A stretch of 64,000 nucleotides of DNA, taken from positions 37,498-101,497 of the forward strand of contig CAYURT010000004.1 of assembly GCA_964447215.1 (NCBI GenBank), given 5' to 3'. Positions 61,243 to 64,000 of this stretch are shown here, in pieces. The notes under the pieces were generated by a model. The model made no database searches, was not told where the DNA came from, and was given only the letters and a program-made list of their open reading frames with translations. This DNA comes from an uncultured Mycobacterium sp. Its GTDB lineage: Bacteria; Actinomycetota; Actinomycetes; Mycobacteriales; Mycobacteriaceae. The position numbers and the translations under genes were made by a program. Numbering within the stretch: position 1 is the stretch's first letter; each line of letters begins with the position of its first letter.

Positions 61243-62171
61243 CCCTTCGGCACGACCCGGCGCCACACGGTGTCGTCGACCCAGCTCAGCGTGGTCCAAC
61301 TGGTGAAGGCGAACTTCGCCCAGCCCCAGCCCAGCCGGCCCGGCGGCACCGCCGCCTCGAAGGTCCGCAACGGCCAGCCCAGCATCGCCGCGGTGAACTC
61401 GGTGGTCGCGCTGGAAACATCGACGGCGCCCGCGCTGCGGGCCATCTGCTCCAGCTGCGAGGGGTCGAAGGTGTGCAGGTCCACCACCGCCTCCAGCGCC
61501 GCGGCCCGGGAGGACTCGTCGAGTTCGGCCTGGGGGCGCCGCCAGCTCTGCAGACCGGGCAGCCGGGTCGCCGTGGTGGCCAGCCGCCAGGTCAGCGTCG
61601 ACAGCCGGCGGGCGTAACCGTTGCCGACGGTGGTCGGCTCGCCGGCGAAGACGAACCGGCCCCCGGGGCGCAGCACCCTGATCACCTCGCGCAGCGACTT
61701 CTCCACGTCGGGGATGTGGTGCAGCACGGCGTGGCCGACGACCAGGTCGAAGGTGTCGTCGTCGTAGGGGATTCCCTCGGCGTCGGCGACCCGGCCGTCG
61801 ACGTCCAGTCCCAAGGAGTCGCCGTTGCGCACCGCGACCTTGACCATCCCGGGTGAGAGGTCGGTGACCGAACCGCGCCGGGCCACCCCGGCCTGGATCA
61901 GGTTGAGCAGGAAGAACCCGCTGCCGCAGCCCAGTTCGAGCGCGTTGTCGTAGGGCAGCTTGCGCAGTTCCCCGGCCGGCACGGTGGCGTCGAAGAGGTC
62001 GCGGGCGTAGTCCACACAGCGCTTGTCATAGGAGATCGACCACTTGTCGTCGTAGCTCTCGGCTTCCCAGTCGTGGTAGAGCACCTGGGCAAGCTTGGTG
62101 TCGGTCATCGCCGCCTGAACCTGCTCGGCGGTCGCGTGCGGGTTGGGCGCCGGGCCGTCCGTCGTCGTCAT
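61200..62171 (-). CDS. Class I SAM-dependent methyltransferase (Rv3038c-like)
   Basis: SAM motif I is present (ALELGCGSGFFLLNL), along with VVGHAVLHHIPD and LRPGGRFVFAGEP. Confidence 0.8.
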   Translation of the reverse strand: MTTTDGPAPNPHATAEQVQAAMTDTKLAQVLYHDWEAESYDDKWSISYDKRCVDYARDLFDATVPAGELRKLPYDNALELGCGSGFFLLNLIQAGVARRGSVTDLSPGMVKVAVRNGDSLGLDVDGRVADAEGIPYDDDTFDLVVGHAVLHHIPDVEKSLREVIRVLRPGGRFVFAGEPTTVGNGYARRLSTLTWRLATTATRLPGLQSWRRPQAELDESSRAAALEAVVDLHTFDPSQLEQMARSAGAVDVSSATTEFTAAMLGWPLRTFEAAVPPGRLGWGWAKFAFTSWTTLSWVDDTVWRRVVPKGWYYNVMITGVKPS

Positions 62172-62181
62172 GAAGGGCAGC

Positions 62182-62859
62182 CTAACCGCCCGGCCCGGCC
62201 CCGTCGGGGCCGGCGTTGATCAGCGCCTTGATCCCGGCAACCGCTTCCGGCGGGGCTGATACGTAGCGGCCGGCCCAGGCGACCGCCGTGTCGTAGACGT
62301 GGTCGGGGGCCACCATCTCGTCGACGAGTCCCAGGCTCAGCGCCTCTCTGGCGCCGACGAACCGGCCGCTGAAGGCCATCTCCTTGGCCCGCCACGAACC
62401 CACCGCCTCGGAGAGCCGCCGGCACCCGCCGCCGCCGGGGATCCGGCCCGCCAGAATCTCGGTGGCGCCGAGTTTGGCGTTGTCCCCGCAGACCCGCCAG
62501 TCCGCGGCTAGGGCGAGGGTGAGTCCGGCGCCCAGCGCGTACCCGGTCACCGCCGCGACGGTCGGCTTCGGGATCGCGGCCACCGCGTCGATGGCAGCCC
62601 GGCGGGCCCGGTCGGCGGCCGCGGCCTCCGCACTGTTCAAAGTGAGCAACTCGGGCATGTCGTCGCCTGCGGAGAAGATCTCGTGGCCGCCGAAGAGGAT
62701 CACCGCGTGCAGGTCGTCCCGGAGGGCGATCTCGGCGGCGGCGGCGGCCAGTTCGCGGTAGGTCTGCCGGGTCAGTGCGTTGGAGGGTTCCCGGTCCAGC
62801 ACGATGGTCCCGATCCCGGGTTGGCTCTCATGTGTGTGGATGCTGACGAATTCGCGCAT
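62182..62859 (-). CDS. Enoyl-CoA hydratase/isomerase family protein (EchA17-like)
   Basis: It has a crotonase fold pattern ([14 protein letters not shown]...[10 protein letters not shown]...[19 protein letters not shown]). The ATG at 62859 shares one nt with the upstream TGA. Confidence 0.8.
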   Translation of the reverse strand: MREFVSIHTHESQPGIGTIVLDREPSNALTRQTYRELAAAAAEIALRDDLHAVILFGGHEIFSAGDDMPELLTLNSAEAAAADRARRAAIDAVAAIPKPTVAAVTGYALGAGLTLALAADWRVCGDNAKLGATEILAGRIPGGGGCRRLSEAVGSWRAKEMAFSGRFVGAREALSLGLVDEMVAPDHVYDTAVAWAGRYVSAPPEAVAGIKALINAGPDGAGPGG

Positions 62860-63728
62860 CAAGGCCCCCCGAGCGCCCGCAACGCCCTGCTGCGCGCCGC
62901 GTTGTAGCGCTCGCTGTCGAAGAACTCGATCTCCCAGTTGTCCTGCAGAACAGTCATTTTCGGCTGCACTTTGTCGATCCGGCGTTCCAGGGCGAGCACT
63001 TCGGTCACGGTGTGTCCGGACAGCGAGTCAAGTTGGCTCCAGGTCGGGGGCAGCAGCAGCGTCCGCCCCCGCTCGAAATCCTCGATGGCCGCCTCCGGGC
63101 TCGCCCACCCCGCCCGGTCGGACTCGGTGTTCTCCCCGTCGGCGAGCTGCCCCTCCGGCAGCGCCCCGACGAAGAAATAGGTGTCATAGCGGCGTGTTCG
63201 CTCTTCCTCCGGGGTCACCCAGTTCGACCAGGGCCGCAGCAGGTCGGCTCGCAGCACCAGACCGGCGTCGCGCAGAAAGTCACCGAACGACAGGCTCCGG
63301 TCGGCCAGGGCGGCCCTGGCATGGTGGTGCACCGACGCGTCGGCGACGATCGTGTCGGGGTCGTCGGCGGGCCCGGCGAACAGCACCCCGGACTCCTCGA
63401 ACGTCTCCCGAGCCGCCGCGCACAGCAGCGCTTCGGCCAGTTCGGTCCCGATACCGAAACGCTGAGCCCACCAATCCGGGTCGGGTCCGTACCAGGCCCG
63501 CCGCGGCGCCGCCGACAGGCCCGCGGTCAGGTCGCGTTCGTCGACGCCGCCGCCCGGGAACACGGTCATACCCGCGGCGAATTCCATTGCGGCGTGCCGG
63601 CGCATCAGGAACACCTCGATCGGCCCCCGGGAAGGCGGAGACGCAGCGGGCACCCCGGATGCCACGTCGCGGACCAGTACGACGGTGGCGGCCGGCCGCA
63701 CCGGCAGGGGCGGGGGCGTGCCGGTCAT
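62859..63728 (-). CDS. NUDIX-family hydrolase (Rv3040c-like)
   Basis: The ATG at 63728 overlaps the upstream stop (ATGA). [10 protein letters not shown] ... [12 protein letters not shown] form a NUDIX box. Length is 289 aa. Confidence 0.8.
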   Translation of the reverse strand: MTGTPPPLPVRPAATVVLVRDVASGVPAASPPSRGPIEVFLMRRHAAMEFAAGMTVFPGGGVDERDLTAGLSAAPRRAWYGPDPDWWAQRFGIGTELAEALLCAAARETFEESGVLFAGPADDPDTIVADASVHHHARAALADRSLSFGDFLRDAGLVLRADLLRPWSNWVTPEEERTRRYDTYFFVGALPEGQLADGENTESDRAGWASPEAAIEDFERGRTLLLPPTWSQLDSLSGHTVTEVLALERRIDKVQPKMTVLQDNWEIEFFDSERYNAARSRALRALGGP

Positions 63729-64000
63729 CGGCCTCTCCGGTGGGCGGCGCGGCTGCGGGCCCGCCGTGCGAAGTAGCGGCCGTCGACGTTGTCCACCACG
63801 ATCGACAACCCGAACGCCGCCGAGAGGTTCTCCGCAGTCAGTGTGTCGGGCAGCAGCCCGGCCGCAACAGCGCGGCCTTCGGCCAGGATCAGGCAATGGC
63901 TGAATCCCGGCGGGATCTCCTCGACGTGGTGGGTCACCAGAACCAGCGCCGGCGAGTCGGGGTCAGCGGCCAGGTCGGCCAGCCGGGTGACAAGCTCCTC
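63725..64000 (-). CDS. ABC transporter ATP-binding protein, C-terminal fragment (its 5' part lies beyond the window)
   Basis: The frame is open to the window edge. ...PALVLVTHHVEEIPPGFSH contains the ABC H-loop region. Its position matches Rv3041c. Confidence 0.6.
   Translation of the reverse strand, partial: EELVTRLADLAADPDSPALVLVTHHVEEIPPGFSHCLILAEGRAVAAGLLPDTLTAENLSAAFGLSIVVDNVDGRYFARRARSRAAHRRGR

Noticed and set aside
59986-61299. The full 437-aa ORF, considered as the true extent of the Rv3037c-like methyltransferase.
   Set aside because: The first ~33 codons overlap the upstream methyltransferase gene by about 100 nt. A shorter form starting near the upstream stop is more consistent with the operon packing, but the exact start cannot be fixed from the sequence alone.

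Overview
This is a very GC-rich actinobacterial chromosome segment (roughly 70 % GC by eye, not computed). Its gene order follows the Mycobacterium tuberculosis Rv2985-Rv3041c core region as I remember it: mutT1, hupB, leuDC, gltX, leuB, serA, ilvBNC, lppZ, gatB, pfkA, gatCA, ligA, mnmA, iscS, etfBA, the MGLP polysaccharide genes and echA17. Almost all of it is densely packed housekeeping coding sequence. Many adjacent genes have start and stop codons that overlap by 4 nt (ATGA or GTGA).

The one clearly accessory block is about 15 kb (19431-34570), wedged between lppZ and gatB. It holds:
- an eight-gene, translationally coupled operon for a signal-peptide-less [NiFe] uptake hydrogenase. It looks like group 2a (Huc-like). 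The genes are small subunit, large subunit, maturation protease with an extra C-terminal domain, an 86-aa ORF, a TPR protein, a NifU-Rieske protein, a six-bladed NHL propeller and a 283-aa unknown protein;
- divergently from that operon, Calvin-cycle-type genes: class I fructose-1,6-bisphosphatase, phosphoribulokinase, a LysR regulator divergent from a class I aldolase, and a CbbY-like phosphatase;
- a soluble GAF histidine kinase with a NarL-type response regulator.

No RuBisCO genes, hyp maturation genes, transposase, integrase, CRISPR array or rRNA are visible in the window. Two tRNAs (Gln-CUG and Glu-CUC) lie directly downstream of gltX. A valine-rich leader peptide plus terminator hairpin upstream of ilvB looks like a transcription attenuator.

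All functional calls rest on motifs and synteny recognised by eye, with no database search. Start codons were chosen from overlaps, Shine-Dalgarno-like sequences and expected protein lengths, and several remain uncertain. The many long Arg/Gly/Pro-rich ORFs antisense to good genes were treated as GC artefacts.
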